Positions 8,189 through 18,314 of a stretch of DNA of 60,583 nucleotides are shown here, one piece after another. The DNA lies in assembly GCA_035281425.1 (NCBI GenBank), contig DATEDX010000124.1:1-60583 (forward strand), in the 5' to 3' direction. Positions within the stretch are counted from its first letter, which is position 1. Each line of letters opens with the position of its first letter. This DNA is from Acidimicrobiia bacterium (GTDB taxonomy: Bacteria; Actinomycetota; Acidimicrobiia; Spongiisociales; ZC4RG35). Made by a program: the position numbers and the translations under genes. The notes under the pieces are model-generated. The model did not search any database and had not been told where the DNA came from. It saw only the letters and a list, made by a program, of their open reading frames with translations.

Positions 8189-9397
8189 ATGGCATCGACG
8201 ATTCTGGTCAGGCTGTCGGGCCCGGACCGCCCGGGCATAACCGCAGGGCTGATGCAAGTCCTTGACGCCGGCGGGTGCGAGCTCTACGACGTGGAACAAG
8301 TGGTCTTGAGAAACCGCCTCAACCTCAGTGTCGTCATCGCCGTCCCCGAGGGAGAACCAACCATCCGCGACGTCCTCTTCTACGCCTGGGAACAGGGCTT
8401 GCAGGCCGACTTTGAGGTTCTCGAAGAAGAGGTGCCCCAGCTGCTTCGGCCCCGCTTCGCAGTAACGGTCATTGGCGGGCAGGTGGGACCGGCCGCCTTC
8501 GGGGCGGTGGCTACCGCCATCGCCTCCGCCGGAGGCAACATCGACTCGATCGACCGGCTCTCCCGGTACCCGGTGGTCAGTTATGAGCTGGCGGTGAGCG
8601 GTGGGGATCAACAGCTGATGCGGTCGTCGCTTCTCACCACCGCCTCCGAGCACGGGATCGACGTCGCCGTCCAAGCCGAAGGGTTGACCCGCCGCTCCAA
8701 GCGCCTGGTGGTGCTCGACGTCGACTCCACCCTCACCCAAGACGAAGCCATCGATCTCTTGGCGGTGGAGGCGGGGGTCACCCAAGCGGTAGCTGATCTC
8801 ACTACCCGGGCTATGAACGGCGAAATCGACTTCGTCGCCGCCCTCGAGGCGAGGGTGGCGCTGTTGGCCGGGCTCTCCGAGGAGGCCCTGGAACGCACTT
8901 GGCGTCAGCTCCGCCTCACTCCTGGAGCCCGCACCCTGGTGCGGACCTTGCGCCGTCTGGGGATGAAGGTAGCGGTGGTGTCGGGGGGATTCACCTATTT
9001 CACCGACCGCCTCAGAGAGCAGCTGGAGCTCGATCACGCCTTCAGTAACGAGCTCGAGCTGGTCGATGGTCACCTCACCGGCAAGTTGGTGGGACCACCG
9101 ATCGACCGGGCCCGCAAGGCAGTCATCCTTCGCCAAGTTGCCGAAGAGGAGGGAGTGCCTCTCGACCAGACCGTGGCCATCGGCGACGGTGCCAACGACC
9201 TCGACATGCTGGCGGCTGCCGGACTAGGGATCGCCTTCAATGCCAAGCCGGCCGTTAAGACCGCCGCCGACACCTCGCTTTCGGTTCCCTACCTCGACGC
9301 CATCTTGTTCCTGCTTGGCATACGACGGGAAGAGATCGAAGCCGAGGCGACCGATCCCATCACGCCGGTGCCGGTCGCCGGCCTGCCGCCGATCTGA
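8189..9397 (+). CDS. serB: phosphoserine phosphatase with N-terminal ACT domains (SerB2-type)
   Basis: ACT-like N-terminus: ILVRLSGPDRPGITAGLMQVL. HAD motifs: LVVLDVDSTLTQDE, VSGGF, GDGANDLDML. Confidence 0.85.
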   Translation: MASTILVRLSGPDRPGITAGLMQVLDAGGCELYDVEQVVLRNRLNLSVVIAVPEGEPTIRDVLFYAWEQGLQADFEVLEEEVPQLLRPRFAVTVIGGQVGPAAFGAVATAIASAGGNIDSIDRLSRYPVVSYELAVSGGDQQLMRSSLLTTASEHGIDVAVQAEGLTRRSKRLVVLDVDSTLTQDEAIDLLAVEAGVTQAVADLTTRAMNGEIDFVAALEARVALLAGLSEEALERTWRQLRLTPGARTLVRTLRRLGMKVAVVSGGFTYFTDRLREQLELDHAFSNELELVDGHLTGKLVGPPIDRARKAVILRQVAEEEGVPLDQTVAIGDGANDLDMLAAAGLGIAFNAKPAVKTAADTSLSVPYLDAILFLLGIRREEIEAEATDPITPVPVAGLPPI

Positions 9398-9453
9398 GCT
9401 CGAGTGCGACTGATAGCGCCGGCAGGTGAGCCTGGTTCGTTAGCTTTCCGCCG

Positions 9454-10698
9454 GTGACCGACGTCGAGACCCTCATGGCTCTGATGGTGGGTGGGGCCTT
9501 GGGGCTGGTGGTGGGGCTGGAGCGCCAACTCACTGCTCCCGACGACGATGGATATGCCGGTGCCCGAACCTTCGCCCTTTACGGGGCGATGGGAGCGGCC
9601 TCCGGCCTTCTCGGGGAGCGATACGGGGCAGCCGGCTTTGTCATCGCTGCCGCCATCTTCGCCGCCTTGCTGCTGGTGGCTTATGTGACCTCCTCCCAGC
9701 AGACCGGAGATTGGGGAGTGACAACAGAAACCGCAGCCCTGCTTGTCTTCTTCGCCGGCTGGCTGGCCTTTGAGAGTCTCTGGGTCGCTGCCATCGGATT
9801 GACGGTGGCGGTGACGGCAGTGCTCCGGGGCAAAGACCTCCTCCACCGGCTCAGCACTCGATTTTCCGACCAAGACGTACGGGCGGTGATCCAGTTCGGG
9901 GTAGTGACGGCGGTGATATTGCCCCTGGTTCCTGACCAGGCCTTCGGCGCCTTTGATGGTTTCAACCCCCGCGAGGTTTGGTTGATGGTGGTGTTCGTGT
10001 CGGCCATCGGGCTGGCCGGTTACGTAGCGCTGCGAGTCCTGGGCATGCGGGGCCTGGCCCTCACCGGGTTGTTGGGGGGTTTGGTGTCGTCGACCGCGGT
10101 GACGCTTTCATTTAGCCGGTTGAGCCGGGAAACCCGCCACTCTCCTCAGGTGGTGGCGGCCGGGGTTCTGGGGGCGTGCGGGCTGATGTATCCCCGGGTG
10201 ATGGTGGAAGCTTTGGTCCTGGCCCCCGATCTGGCGATGGCCCTGGCTCCCTGGCTGGTGGCCGCCTTCGGTTTTACCGAGGCGGTGGCCCTGGTCTACT
10301 GGCTGCGTTCGGCTCGCCGGCCTCAGGAGTCCGCTGGGGTGGAGTTCAGCAACCCTCTCACCCTGACAGTGGCGATCGGCTTCGCATTGGTCTATGCCGT
10401 GGTGGCTTTTCTCTCCCGAGCGGCGGTGGCCCTGACCGACGACCGTTCGCTGTCGCTGGTCGGGGCTGTCAGCGGCCTCAACGACGTCGACGCCATCACC
10501 CTCTCTATGGGCAACCTGGTACGGACCGGATTGGATGTTCCGCCCGCGGCGGCGGCGGTGCTGGCGGCGGTGACGGCCAATGCCCTGGTCAAAGCCGGGT
10601 TGGCGTTCTTCCTGGGACGGGGACCGTTTCGCCGCCAGGTGGCCCTCATCCTCGTCGCCGCCGCCGGGTTGACTGCCGTCGCCTGGTGGATGATCTGA
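9454..10698 (+). CDS. MgtC/SapB-family membrane protein with DUF4010-like C-terminal extension
   Basis: N-terminus LMALMVGGALGLVVGLERQ is typical of MgtC. The protein is polytopic and hydrophobic throughout. Confidence 0.7.
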   Translation: MTDVETLMALMVGGALGLVVGLERQLTAPDDDGYAGARTFALYGAMGAASGLLGERYGAAGFVIAAAIFAALLLVAYVTSSQQTGDWGVTTETAALLVFFAGWLAFESLWVAAIGLTVAVTAVLRGKDLLHRLSTRFSDQDVRAVIQFGVVTAVILPLVPDQAFGAFDGFNPREVWLMVVFVSAIGLAGYVALRVLGMRGLALTGLLGGLVSSTAVTLSFSRLSRETRHSPQVVAAGVLGACGLMYPRVMVEALVLAPDLAMALAPWLVAAFGFTEAVALVYWLRSARRPQESAGVEFSNPLTLTVAIGFALVYAVVAFLSRAAVALTDDRSLSLVGAVSGLNDVDAITLSMGNLVRTGLDVPPAAAAVLAAVTANALVKAGLAFFLGRGPFRRQVALILVAAAGLTAVAWWMI

Positions 10699-10702
10699 CG
10701 GA

Positions 10703-11599
10703 TCAGTGCTCCCGGCGTGAAGCCAGGACCGCTGCCGCTAGCACCAGCCCCACCCCGGCCAGCGCAGCTGGGGCGACCCGGTCGTTGAGGATCAGCACCC
10801 CCAACAGCAGCGACACCACCGGGATCAGATAGGTGATGAAGGTAGCCCGCGGCCCTCCCACCCGGCCGACCAGCGAGGCCATGAATGCAAACGCGAAACC
10901 GGTTCCGACCACCCCCAGCCCGGCGACCGCCAGCGCCGCGGGCCAGGTGAATTCAGACCGGGTCAGCCCCAACAAACCAAAAGGAGCCGTCCAAATCGTT
11001 CCCAGGGCCAGCATCTGCGCCATCACCGGCACCGACCCGTATCTCTGCTGGATGGAACCGGCCAGGTTGGTTGCCAACCCGTAACAGAGGGTCGCCCCCA
11101 GAGCCATCAGCACCCCCAACGCGGCCGTCTCCCCTTGGCGGCTGGAGCTCAGGCTGACCAGGGCGATGCCCACGAAACCCACGGCGATCCCCAGTCGCTG
11201 GGGGCCACGGGGGACTCGCTTGAAGAACAGTCCGCCGATGACCCCAGCGAAGAAGGGGGTGGCACCGTTGAGCAGCCCGGTGACGGCCGAATTGATGTGC
11301 TCCTGCGCCAGGGGAAAAAGGGTGAAGGGGATGCCCACCCAGACGACGGACAAAACCACCAGCCGGGCCCGATCAGCGGGCTCGATTCGCCGGCGGGCAG
11401 AAGGCAATACCCCCAAGGCGAGGGCGCCGAGACCCACCCGGGCCCAGGTGATCAAACCGGGATGGAAGGCCTCCAATCCCAGTGCAATGAGAAGGAAGGA
11501 AGACCCCCAGATCAGGCCGACCAGCGCGAACAACATCCATTCGGTCGGACCAAAGGCTTCGCGATCGGAACGGGCGGCGGAGACGGTGGGAGCAGCCAT
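10703..11599 (-). CDS. EamA/DMT-family transporter
   Basis: About 10 hydrophobic segments in two EamA-like halves (LIWGSSFLLIALGL..., LYGLATNLAGSIQQRYG). Confidence 0.8.
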   Translation of the reverse strand: MAAPTVSAARSDREAFGPTEWMLFALVGLIWGSSFLLIALGLEAFHPGLITWARVGLGALALGVLPSARRRIEPADRARLVVLSVVWVGIPFTLFPLAQEHINSAVTGLLNGATPFFAGVIGGLFFKRVPRGPQRLGIAVGFVGIALVSLSSSRQGETAALGVLMALGATLCYGLATNLAGSIQQRYGSVPVMAQMLALGTIWTAPFGLLGLTRSEFTWPAALAVAGLGVVGTGFAFAFMASLVGRVGGPRATFITYLIPVVSLLLGVLILNDRVAPAALAGVGLVLAAAVLASRREH

Positions 11600-11629
11600 G
11601 GAAGGGTCACACGATAAGAGACCGCGGCG

Positions 11630-12136
11630 TTAACCGATCCGAAACGGGGCTTGATCGTCGATGTTGCCCACGAACTGGGGCAGCCGTTCGTGTCCGAGCT
11701 GCTGACGAATAGCCATGTTCTCCCCGGTGTGATACCAGTAGTGGTAGATGACTCGTTGGAGCAGGTTGCCGTAGGTGCGCTTGAGGGTCCTGCCCCGGCT
11801 CACCACCGGCCCCGCCAAGTCGGCTGAGTTGAGCCGATTGAGGAAGGGATCCGCCCCGCGGGTGATGTCGCGCCATGCCTCGACCACCTCGGCCAGGGGA
11901 GGGGTGCTGGCCGGCGCCCCAAACGCAAACCGATCTACTAGTTCGGGACGCACTGATTCACCGGTGGGGAATGAGATGAAGTATCGCTGCTCTTGCCAGG
12001 CCAGGTGACCAACATTCCAACTGAGCGAGTTCATGGGGAGGACCCGCTTCACCGCATCGGCCGGATCAACCCCCCGGATCGCCCGCAGAAACTCCTGGCG
12101 GGTGAAGCGAAGCTGATCGACCAGGGGATGAGGCAT
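11630..12136 (-). CDS. DinB-family protein
   Basis: From ATG 12136: MPHPLVDQLRFTRQEFLRAIRGV...WNVGHLAWQEQ...YHYWYHTGE, a DinB_2-like four-helix His pattern. The longer track start would overlap the upstream gene. Confidence 0.7.
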   Translation of the reverse strand: MPHPLVDQLRFTRQEFLRAIRGVDPADAVKRVLPMNSLSWNVGHLAWQEQRYFISFPTGESVRPELVDRFAFGAPASTPPLAEVVEAWRDITRGADPFLNRLNSADLAGPVVSRGRTLKRTYGNLLQRVIYHYWYHTGENMAIRQQLGHERLPQFVGNIDDQAPFRIG

Positions 12137-12174
12137 CGGGCCAGGGTATCGGGGGTCGAGGACAGCTCTCGTCC

Positions 12175-12504
12175 TCAGCTCTGGGCCAGTTCCAGTTCGT
12201 CGGCGAAACACCACCCCCAGTCTTCACCCGGTTCCTCCGACCTGACCAGCGGATGACCCCCCTGGTGCCAGTGGGCACGGGCGTGGCGGCGGGGGGAGGC
12301 GTCGCAACAGCCGACATGGCCACAGGTCAGACACATCCGCAGATGAACCCAACGGGTCCCCTCCCGGAGGCAATCTTCGCATCCGCCCCGGGTGCTGGGA
12401 GCCACCTCCGCCACCTGACCGATGTGAAGGCAACTCTCAGTAGTGGGTCGTCCCTCTCGATCGGCTACCACTATCCAGCCCGCTACCGTCCCTGGTTCGT
12501 CCAT
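12175..12504 (-). CDS. UBP-type zinc-finger domain protein
   Basis: CEDCLREGTRWVHLRMCLTCGHVGCCDASPRRHARAHWHQGGHPL, the Cys/His pattern of zf-UBP. Confidence 0.7.
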   Translation of the reverse strand: MDEPGTVAGWIVVADREGRPTTESCLHIGQVAEVAPSTRGGCEDCLREGTRWVHLRMCLTCGHVGCCDASPRRHARAHWHQGGHPLVRSEEPGEDWGWCFADELELAQS

Positions 12505-12565
12505 GCTCTGAATTTAGGCGGGAAGGAAGAGGTATGAGCCGGTTCGTCCCCTCCATTCCAACCCT

Positions 12566-13309
12566 GTGACCTCCGAACTCCTCTTCATCCTCGCCACCAC
12601 CGCCTTCGCCTTTCTGGTCAAGGGGATCGCCGGCTTCGGGGGCCCCCTCCTCGCCATTCCCATTCTCGCTCCCAGCATGGGGGTGGAACACGCGGTGGTG
12701 GCGGTTTCGCTCGGCAACGTCGTCGCCAATCTGATGATGCTGGTCGAGCACCGAACCGGCTGGGAGGCGACCAAGAGCCTCCTGGTGAGGCTCCTCGCCG
12801 CCGGAGGCTTGGGGACCGTGGCCGGTACCTGGCTTCTTACCCGTCTCGACAATCGCCCTTTGGCCCTGGCGGTGGCGGCCATGGTCATCAGTTACATCGT
12901 GATCGCGGTGCGACGGCCCGGCTTGCGGGTTTCTCCCGAACTGGGGTTGCGGTTGACCTGGCCGGTGGGCGCCTTCGGCGGGCTGGTGCACGGCGCCACC
13001 GCCAACAGCGGTCCGGTGTTTGGAACCTTCATGCACAGCCTGGGCTTGCCCCGGTCGGCTTTCGTCTTCTCGGTGACGGTCCCGTTTCTCGTCTTTGGCA
13101 GCATCCAGGTGCTGACCCTGGCCGGACTGGGATCGTTCACGTCCGATCGGCTGGCCCAGTCGCTTTGGGCCATCCTGCCCGTACTGATCGTCATACCGAT
13201 CGGCACCCGAATCGCCCGCCGGCTCAATCAACGGACATTTTCGAAGATCGTGCTGGGGTTGCTGGCCGTCGCCGCCCTCCGGCTGGTCCTTTCGGCTTTC
13301 GGTATCTGA
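12566..13309 (+). CDS. TauE/SafE (TSUP) family anion exporter
   Basis: FLVKGIAGFGGPLLAIPIL motif and a repeated 4-TM architecture. Confidence 0.8.
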   Translation: MTSELLFILATTAFAFLVKGIAGFGGPLLAIPILAPSMGVEHAVVAVSLGNVVANLMMLVEHRTGWEATKSLLVRLLAAGGLGTVAGTWLLTRLDNRPLALAVAAMVISYIVIAVRRPGLRVSPELGLRLTWPVGAFGGLVHGATANSGPVFGTFMHSLGLPRSAFVFSVTVPFLVFGSIQVLTLAGLGSFTSDRLAQSLWAILPVLIVIPIGTRIARRLNQRTFSKIVLGLLAVAALRLVLSAFGI

Positions 13310-13351
13310 GTCCTCAGCCTGCCTTAAGGACCCTGTTTACGGTGCCGGGAG

Positions 13352-14539
13352 ATGAGACCTGTGGCCTGGTTGCTGGTCATTGCGGTTGGCGCCTGCGGGG
13401 GAGGGGAGGGCACCGGTCCCCCCACCACCACCGACGCCTTGACCCCGACGTCAACCACCGGCATCGATGTCGGACCCGGCCAAGGTCCCACCACCACCTC
13501 GGGGATCGGTGCGGGTACGGCCTGTCCCACCGACCGGATCTGCGAAATAAAAGTCCCCTTGCGGGAAGTGCCGCTGGAGGGAGAGGGAATCTCGCTCACC
13601 GGGGGAGAGGAAGACCGTGCCCTCGTCGTCACCAAGGGCCGGATAAGCCAGGTGGATCTGGTCTCGGGAACGGTGGTCGACACGATTGACATCCCCGAAG
13701 ACGGCCTCGAAGTGGCGCCAGATGGCGATGGCTTCTGGCTGGTGGCGAACGAGTTCGGTGGGGGCCGGCTGCTCAGACTGGCTGCCGACGGATCGATTAC
13801 TGCCGAAGTTGAGATCGAGGTGATTGGGGGCCCGCGGTCACTGGCCGTGGGGGAGGGGGCGGTGTGGACGGTGGTCGATGGGAACGGGCGGGTAGCTCGG
13901 GTCGACCCGAGTGACAACACCGCCACCGTCATCGAAGGCGCATCGGAGACGGTGGCCGGCAATATCGAGACCCCGATCGCCATCGGCCACGGCTCGGTCT
14001 GGGCCAGCGACGCCTCGCGGGGTGCGGTCCAAATCATCGACCCCACCAGTGTGAGCATCACCGACGTAGTCGAAGATCTGGGTTATCTCGCCTCCACCGA
14101 GGGGGACACCACCACTATCTACGCCTGGGGCGCGATCGGGCTGCAAGCCGGGGAAGCGGGGATGTGGGTGTTGAGCCAGACTGCCCATGAGGAGGAGGGC
14201 AGTCAGGTGCAGCGAGGGGCCGTCTTCCTCCTCGACCCGGTGGGATCCATTGTTAGACGCACGGATCTCAAGGTCTCGCCGGTTTATGCCCGCCCCGCCC
14301 TGGCCGTCACCGAGGGCGCTGCCTGGTACATCGGTCCCGACGGTCACCTGCTCAGAGCCGACCTTGCCTCCGGCCGCCAGGTCATGATCCGTACTCCCGG
14401 CTTCGGCTTCCTCGCCACCGGGGTGATCGCTAGCGTCGGCCGGATCCACTTCTTGACTGATGGAGGTTTCGAGGGCCGGGCGACCTTGGTCAGCGCCGAT
14501 CTGGCCGAGATCGAAGGGGCGGTGGCCGCGCTGGGCTGA
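13352..14539 (+). CDS. secreted lipoprotein with beta-propeller-like repeats
   Basis: Lipobox in MRPVAWLLVIAVGACGG, a Thr/Pro linker, and a repeated GxVW/VDP pattern. Confidence 0.6.
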   Translation: MRPVAWLLVIAVGACGGGEGTGPPTTTDALTPTSTTGIDVGPGQGPTTTSGIGAGTACPTDRICEIKVPLREVPLEGEGISLTGGEEDRALVVTKGRISQVDLVSGTVVDTIDIPEDGLEVAPDGDGFWLVANEFGGGRLLRLAADGSITAEVEIEVIGGPRSLAVGEGAVWTVVDGNGRVARVDPSDNTATVIEGASETVAGNIETPIAIGHGSVWASDASRGAVQIIDPTSVSITDVVEDLGYLASTEGDTTTIYAWGAIGLQAGEAGMWVLSQTAHEEEGSQVQRGAVFLLDPVGSIVRRTDLKVSPVYARPALAVTEGAAWYIGPDGHLLRADLASGRQVMIRTPGFGFLATGVIASVGRIHFLTDGGFEGRATLVSADLAEIEGAVAALG

Positions 14540-14542
14540 TGG

Positions 14543-15619
14543 CTACCCGATCTGGTAGCTGACGGTGCCGTCGGGCCCCACCAACCCGGCCAGTCGGGCC
14601 ACCTCACCTTCCAGTCCGGTTCGGGCCGACCGGCTCAACCCGCCCACCGCGACCTCGATCACCGCCGGGCGTCGCTGCCGAGGGCGATGGAGCTTCCAGG
14701 TGCCGGCGAAGAAGCCGTCGATCAAGACCCCGCCGACCCAACCCGCCGGTTGGGGCCCGTGGGGTTGGAAGAACCGAGCACGATCGGCGTGGCTAAGTAG
14801 CAGGTTGTCGTATTCGGGCAGGAGCCGGGGAGGCGCTTCGGTGTCGGGAGGGGGCCGGGGTGCGTCCGGTAGGTCGAACAGTTCGGTTCCGTTCTCGTCG
14901 CGGAAGGTCAGCAACTGTGGTCTTAGCTGTTCGAAAGCCTCCCGGAGTTGGGTGAGGCCGGACCAGGTGCGCATGTCTTGGGGGGCGGCGGGACCGAACG
15001 AAGCCAGGTAGCGAAGTGCCAGGTGCTGGCGGGTGGTGCCGGGTCCCAGGGGTCGTCCCAGCCAGCTCTCCACCGTGGTCCAAGCGGCCGGCCCGGTCGC
15101 CCCCCAGACTCCCCGCGGTGGGACCTGGACCAGTGACAACAGGTAGGTGGCGGTTTGGGCCAGCGATGCTCCCACCCGGTGGGGAAACCGCTCTTCGAGG
15201 AGAGGAGCCAGTTCGGCCCGGGTGCGGGGACGCTCCTCCAGCAGAGTCCGGGCCAGTTTGAGGAGGGCGGCCTGGTCGACGCCGGCAGTGTCCTTGGCGA
15301 ACTGGGTGGAGCGGTGCGTCCGGACCAGGACCGAGCGGGTGAGGGGAACGATGGCCTGAGCATCTTCGGCGGTTACCAGATGGATGGTGGAACGCAAAGT
15401 CTGCATCCGCACCACTTCCCGCCGTTGCATCATCCCCGCCAGGGCGGCGGGGTCAAAGTTGTCGAGCCGGGCCCATAAACCGAAGTAGGGGTCGAGGGGA
15501 TTCTGCGCCTGCATTCCCACCAGGTGTTCGATGGTCTCAGCAATCGGCCGGGTCTCGCGGGCCAGCAACAGCTGACGACTCAAGGTCGCCCGGTTGAGGG
15601 AGCGGCGGTCGAGGACCAC
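14543..15619 (-). CDS. winged-helix DNA glycosylase, AlkZ/YcaQ-like (DUF1006)
   Basis: LNRATLSRQLLL...IEHLVGMQAQNPLDPYFGLWARL...VVRMQTLRSTIHLV. The start is set to GTG 15619, just after the upstream stop at 15625. The track start at 15799 would overlap that gene. Confidence 0.7.
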   Translation of the reverse strand: MVLDRRSLNRATLSRQLLLARETRPIAETIEHLVGMQAQNPLDPYFGLWARLDNFDPAALAGMMQRREVVRMQTLRSTIHLVTAEDAQAIVPLTRSVLVRTHRSTQFAKDTAGVDQAALLKLARTLLEERPRTRAELAPLLEERFPHRVGASLAQTATYLLSLVQVPPRGVWGATGPAAWTTVESWLGRPLGPGTTRQHLALRYLASFGPAAPQDMRTWSGLTQLREAFEQLRPQLLTFRDENGTELFDLPDAPRPPPDTEAPPRLLPEYDNLLLSHADRARFFQPHGPQPAGWVGGVLIDGFFAGTWKLHRPRQRRPAVIEVAVGGLSRSARTGLEGEVARLAGLVGPDGTVSYQIG

Positions 15620-15624
15620 CTCGG

Positions 15625-16035
15625 CTACGACGGCAACTCCCGCACCGACCGCAACACGAGGCCGATGCCGCCGAATAGAAGGATGAGGATCACGATCAGG
15701 TCGAAAGCTGACATCCCAGCAAATGAGAAGCGGACGCTGGCCACCGCTCCCACGATCAAGGCCAGCAGTGAGGCCCCGGCCAGAAACCACCCATACCACC
15801 GGCTGGAGTCGTAGAAGATGATCCCCACCCCGATGATGAAAGGGATGAGGATCATGCCGCCGGTGAGACGGAGTCCACCGAAATCGTAGAGGGCACCGCC
15901 GAATCCGTTTACCACCCGCAGAGAGTTGAGCAGCAGGTAGCCGCCCCCGATGGTCATGGCCACACCCAGCAAGAATGGCCCCACTCCTCCCGGGGTTCCC
16001 CCGGCACCCCGGACGGGCAATTTGGATTCCGCCAT
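15625..16035 (-). CDS. small integral membrane protein
   Basis: Four hydrophobic segments (FLLGVAMTIGGGYLLL, MILIPFIIGVGIIF, WFLAGASLLALIVGAV, LIVILILLFGGIGLVL). Confidence 0.55.
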   Translation of the reverse strand: MAESKLPVRGAGGTPGGVGPFLLGVAMTIGGGYLLLNSLRVVNGFGGALYDFGGLRLTGGMILIPFIIGVGIIFYDSSRWYGWFLAGASLLALIVGAVASVRFSFAGMSAFDLIVILILLFGGIGLVLRSVRELPS

Positions 16036-16072
16036 GGCGGCGATGCTAAATGCCGCCGCCGGGGATCTTCGG

Positions 16073-16726
16073 TTAGAGCAGCAAGAGGATCATGCCAGAG
16101 GCTGTCGCCCCCAGTCCGATCACCGCCCATTTGGTCGGGGTCATCACCTCAGGTAGGCGGGCTGCCAGCAGCGGATCAAGAATGGCCGCCCCCGCAATCA
16201 CCACTCCCGATATACCAACGAAGAGCAACAGAGCCGTGAGCAGGCCCGGGGCCACCACCCCCAGGGCCACCACCGCCACTAGCAGGCCGGCCAGTAGCTG
16301 AACCCGGCGATCCCTCCACTTGAGCTGCCACCTCGCCTGACGGCGGGGCTTGGCAGGTTTGCTCTGGCGAGGTTTAGCTGCTCGAGCCTCTGCTCGATCC
16401 TTCCGCCTGGACTTGGATTCTTTGACCGGTTTGACGGGTTTGCTGGCTTTGACCGGCTTGCCGTTGGGGGCCTTGGTACGAATCCCCACCCCCAGGGCAT
16501 CAGCCAGTTGGGAGCGGGCGTGGGTCATGAAGATGAACTCTTCACCGTCCACCCGCATGTGGAACCCGTCCGGTTCGATTTGAACGGCCACCTCTTCGAG
16601 AGGCCACTCACCCACCTCATGGTTGCTAACGATGAGGGCGACCGAGCCCTCCCCGACTTCTAAATCGGCGCCGACCACATTGAGAGGGTCGGCAAGAAGA
16701 CGCATCTTCCCCTGAAACTCCGGCAC
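16073..16726 (-). CDS. membrane-anchored protein with Lys/Arg/Pro-rich linker
   Basis: Soluble N-terminal domain, a basic low-complexity linker (KPVKASKPVKPVKESKSRRKDR...) and three C-terminal TM segments. Confidence 0.5.
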   Translation of the reverse strand: MPEFQGKMRLLADPLNVVGADLEVGEGSVALIVSNHEVGEWPLEEVAVQIEPDGFHMRVDGEEFIFMTHARSQLADALGVGIRTKAPNGKPVKASKPVKPVKESKSRRKDRAEARAAKPRQSKPAKPRRQARWQLKWRDRRVQLLAGLLVAVVALGVVAPGLLTALLLFVGISGVVIAGAAILDPLLAARLPEVMTPTKWAVIGLGATASGMILLLL

Positions 16727-16791
16727 GAACTCCCCTAACTCGAAGTCAACAGGCTATCGGCCCCCAGCCGATCCGCCAGCCCCCTTTTGAA

Positions 16792-17175
16792 CTATTTCGG
16801 TTTGACCGCCTCGATGAGGCCATCGGTGTCAACCACGGTGACGGTGAGTCCGGCGTGCCCCGGTCCTGGAGGGAGAATCCGGGGTATCGGCTCGACGAAA
16901 AGAACGCATACCCCACCCCTGGCCGTGGTGCCGAAAGTGAGTCCGGAATCGACCAGGGAGGCGCGAATGCCGATCGCCTTCCACCATTGGTAGGGACCGG
17001 TGAACTGGGCGCAGTCGATGTTGGAAAGCGGGGTGTCCACCCGGTAGCGGCCGTAGGTGGCGATAAAACGGCCATCAGAGGTGAGAGTTACACCGTCCCG
17101 GCCGGGACGGGCGCCGAGGGTTCTCCATATCAACATGTAGCGGTAGTCGAAGCGGTAGGGGAAGAACCGGTCCAT
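16792..17175 (-). CDS. hypothetical protein (127 aa)
   Basis: ORF with normal composition (MDRFFPYRFDYRYMLIWRTLG...). I recognise no family. Confidence 0.5.
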   Translation of the reverse strand: MDRFFPYRFDYRYMLIWRTLGARPGRDGVTLTSDGRFIATYGRYRVDTPLSNIDCAQFTGPYQWWKAIGIRASLVDSGLTFGTTARGGVCVLFVEPIPRILPPGPGHAGLTVTVVDTDGLIEAVKPK

Positions 17176-17239
17176 GGAGGAATCCTATTGATGGCAGCGG
17201 TGTTGGTGTTAGTGCTTTCCTTCCCGACGGAGAAACCCC

Positions 17240-18301
17240 TTGGAACTAGGCATCTACGACTTCGGCGAAGTGTTCCCCGACCCCCACACGGGACAGGTCA
17301 TCACGGTTGAGGAGCGTTACCGGAACCTGGTTGAACAGGCGGAGCTGGCCGACCAGGTAGGGCTCGACGTATATGGCCTCGGTGAACACCACCGCCCGGA
17401 CTTCCCGGTGTCAGCTCCGGCAGTGGTGCTGGCCGCCATCGCCGAACGCACCCAGCGAATCCGCCTCACCAGCGCCGTGACCATCCTTTCCTCCGACGAC
17501 CCGGTGCGGGTCTTTCAGACCTTCGCCAGCCTGGACCTCCTCTCGGCGGGGAGGGCTGAGATCATGGCTGGACGGGGTTCGTTCATCGAGTCATTTCCTC
17601 TCTTTGGCTATGACCTCGACGACTACGACGACCTGTTCCACGAGAAGATCCAGTTGCTCCTTCAGATCAGAAGCCGCGAGGTGCTGACCTGGAGCGGGAA
17701 ACACCGGCCGCCGATCGTCGAGCAGGGTATTTATCCCCGACCGCTCAATCCGCGTATCCCTATCTGGATCGCGGTGGGGGGAAATCCCGGGTCTGCGGTT
17801 CGGGCCGGGGTGCTGGGGGTACCGATGGCGGTGGCCATCATTGGAGGACAGCCGGCCCGGTTTCGGACCCTGGTCGACCTCTACCGCGAGTCGGGGACTC
17901 GGACCGGGCATTCATTGTCCGATCTGGCGGTCAGCATCAACTCCCATGTCTTTGTGGCCGACACCTCGCAGGAGGCCGCCGACCTCTTCTATCCGTATTA
18001 CGCCGAGGTGATGACCCAATTGGGCCATGAGCGGGGCTGGCCGCCGATGACTCGCCTGCAATACGAAGCCGGCCGGGGCCCTCAGGGCCATCTGCTGGTG
18101 GGCAGCCCGCAACAGGTGGCGGAGAAGATCCTCTGGGAACATGAGTTGTTCGGTAACACCCGTTTCTTGGCCCAGATGTCGGTGGGCACCGTGCCCCACA
18201 AGGGGATGATGCGGGCCATTGAGCTGTTGGGAACCGAGGTGGCTCCGCGGGTGCAGGTTGGGCTAAAGCCCTCCGAGGGGGAGCCCTCCTCGTCGGAGTA
18301 G
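17240..18301 (+). CDS. LLM-class (luciferase-like) flavin-dependent oxidoreductase
   Basis: LGIYDFGE...[11 protein letters not shown]...[17 protein letters not shown]...[12 protein letters not shown]. The start is TTG. Confidence 0.85.
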   Translation: MELGIYDFGEVFPDPHTGQVITVEERYRNLVEQAELADQVGLDVYGLGEHHRPDFPVSAPAVVLAAIAERTQRIRLTSAVTILSSDDPVRVFQTFASLDLLSAGRAEIMAGRGSFIESFPLFGYDLDDYDDLFHEKIQLLLQIRSREVLTWSGKHRPPIVEQGIYPRPLNPRIPIWIAVGGNPGSAVRAGVLGVPMAVAIIGGQPARFRTLVDLYRESGTRTGHSLSDLAVSINSHVFVADTSQEAADLFYPYYAEVMTQLGHERGWPPMTRLQYEAGRGPQGHLLVGSPQQVAEKILWEHELFGNTRFLAQMSVGTVPHKGMMRAIELLGTEVAPRVQVGLKPSEGEPSSSE

Positions 18302-18314
18302 GGTGCGCGGGTAA

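Noticed and set aside
7901-9136. 411-aa minus-strand ORF opposite serB
   Set aside because: It is antisense to a gene with clear ACT/HAD motifs. The product is Gly/Arg/Pro/His-rich with no recognisable motif. This is the typical long antisense open frame of high-GC DNA.
12437-13231. 264-aa minus-strand ORF opposite the TauE gene
   Set aside because: It is antisense to a clear polytopic membrane protein. The product is Gly/Arg/His/Glu-rich and low-complexity.
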